From Fastidiosibacter lacustris (GTDB lineage: Bacteria; Pseudomonadota; Gammaproteobacteria; Francisellales; Francisellaceae): a stretch of DNA of 32,000 nucleotides. Made by a program: the position numbers and the translations under genes. Under the pieces are notes generated by a model, which worked only from the letters and a program-made list of their open reading frames with translations, was not told where the DNA came from and made no database searches. The stretch covers positions 1-32,000 of the forward strand of contig NZ_QLIR01000015.1 in assembly GCF_003428155.1 (NCBI RefSeq). Reading direction: 5' to 3'. Positions 30,785-32,000 of this stretch are shown here, piece by piece (within the stretch, counting starts at the first letter, position 1; the number at the start of each line of letters is the position of its first letter).

Positions 30785-30900
30785 ATGCTTGATTCAACGA
30801 TTGTAAGAGGTGCATGCTTGTTCGGCAGGTTATAAAAAGAAGGCAATGCGCTTCAAGCGTTTGGTAGAAGCAAGGGTGGCTTTATCAATATGATCCTGTA
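30785..30900 (+). pseudogene. Remnant of an IS5-type (DDE) transposase
   Basis: Translates as MLDSTIVRGACLFGRL*KEGNALQAFGRSKGGFINM. It resembles the conserved DSTIVR..H..AAG..KK......LGRSKGGF.TKIH segment, with stop/frame damage. Confidence 0.55.
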
Positions 30901-31055
30901 CATGAAGAAAAAATTGCAAACAACTGCTTGAAGCGTTATTTTTTCTTGATTTGCATAACATGAAAAAGCATCTCAAGCAGCTGACAAGTAGTTTTAATGG
31001 GAACGGAGTATACGAGTGACAAACTAAGACACTACCCACTCACTACCTTGAATAG

Positions 31056-31913
31056 TTACCTTAAAGCAATAAGCGCTCCAACACCACTGAACAAACATCC
31101 AAATAGTAAATAAAAGGTAGGAGCAGAATCTCCAATGATTACTGAGGAAATACCGCCTATCGCGGGGAAAAGTGCTACCATATAGCTGCTTGCAGATGCT
31201 CCGATGCGCGCAACTAATTTAAGATAAAACATCCATGCAGTAAAAGAGGAAAAGACAATTAAAAACATCAAAGCCCCGAGGTAGGAAAAGGATATTGGCA
31301 ATGTAAAGCTCTGTTTTTGTATCAGACAAACCATAAGTGAAAATATAAAAGCGACGGCAAAACCAATGCTATTTGAATACATCGCATTCACACCACATCG
31401 TACATTTCTTGCGGAGGCAACATCACCAATCGCCGTCAATAGCGTTCCAAGCAATGCAATGGCTATTCCCTTTAAATTGCTCACTCCAGCGCCATTCATT
31501 AACAAAGGATAAACAAGTATGGAGACACCCATAATGCCCATCGAGCCTCCAACCAGAATTCTAGGATGAAGACGGTCTCCTAGACATATGCGAAGCGCAA
31601 TTGGAGTCATAACAGTTTTGAGTGAAAATATCAACGTTACAAGTGCAGCAGAAACCCATATTGTCGCATAATACAGGCAAATATAACTCAAGGCTAGGTT
31701 GCATATTCCAAAGCTCGCTATAGGGAGAAAATCCTGTCGAGAAAGCCTTCCCCTAGGTTTTATAAGATACAAAAAAGCAACAAACAATAAAACGGTTCCG
31801 CCCAATCGATACGTCAGCGATAATTCAAGGTTCACAGGGGTTCCTTGAATTTTGATGACGACAAAGTTCACTCCCCAAACAATGGCGCAAAAGGCGTACA
31901 TAAAAACTGTCAT
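31056..31913 (-). CDS. EamA/DMT-superfamily transporter
   Basis: About 10 TM segments, starting FCAIVWGVNFVVIK. Conserved SLVFSLKTVMTPIA and YMVALFPAIGGISSVIIGD patterns. Confidence 0.82.
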   Translation of the reverse strand: MTVFMYAFCAIVWGVNFVVIKIQGTPVNLELSLTYRLGGTVLLFVAFLYLIKPRGRLSRQDFLPIASFGICNLALSYICLYYATIWVSAALVTLIFSLKTVMTPIALRICLGDRLHPRILVGGSMGIMGVSILVYPLLMNGAGVSNLKGIAIALLGTLLTAIGDVASARNVRCGVNAMYSNSIGFAVAFIFSLMVCLIQKQSFTLPISFSYLGALMFLIVFSSFTAWMFYLKLVARIGASASSYMVALFPAIGGISSVIIGDSAPTFYLLFGCLFSGVGALIALR

Positions 31914-32000
31914 GCGTTTAAAAAATCCTGCTCGTGACTGAAAGAAATTCCAAAATAGTGAAAAACTTCCGTGAGTGCGAAAGCTAATTTCTCGATCTGC

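Noticed and set aside
30830-31039. 69-aa reverse-strand ORF in the track
   Set aside because: Low-complexity Cys/Phe-rich translation. It lies antisense to the transposase remnant and has no family similarity or ribosome site, so it is probably spurious.

Overview
AT-rich gammaproteobacterial chromosome segment, mostly housekeeping. Gene order: partial lipoprotein (-), lipoprotein (+), feoB-feoA (-), wrbA (-), YihY/BrkB family (+), decayed LysR-like remnant, priA (-), carA-dut-pgsA-yajC-secD-secF (+), clcA-like (+), BioC-like methyltransferase (+), secB (-), mfd (-), tag (+), Bcr/CflA MFS (-), an unlisted 21-codon smORF plus a secreted protein (+), internally deleted IS1-family element (-), glk (+), acyl desaturase (+), era (+), EmrA/HlyD-like (+), 2OG-Fe(II) oxygenase (-), stand-alone rpoA (+), IS5-type transposase remnant (+), DMT/EamA transporter (-). 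No tRNA, rRNA or CRISPR array was recognised. The strongest lead is the stand-alone, diverged RNA polymerase alpha subunit: its DNA-binding surface is conserved, but the beta-contact Arg45 position is Gln. This resembles the two-alpha arrangement known in Francisella. Other leads: a BioC homologue lacking the SAM-binding glycine motif; a promoter/Shine-Dalgarno-equipped 21-aa ORF upstream of an orphan secreted protein abutting an IS1-type element; a CarA resembling the Bacteroidetes type with no adjacent carB; and a well-formed Fur box/promoter at feoAB. No clearly new defence or mobile system was found.
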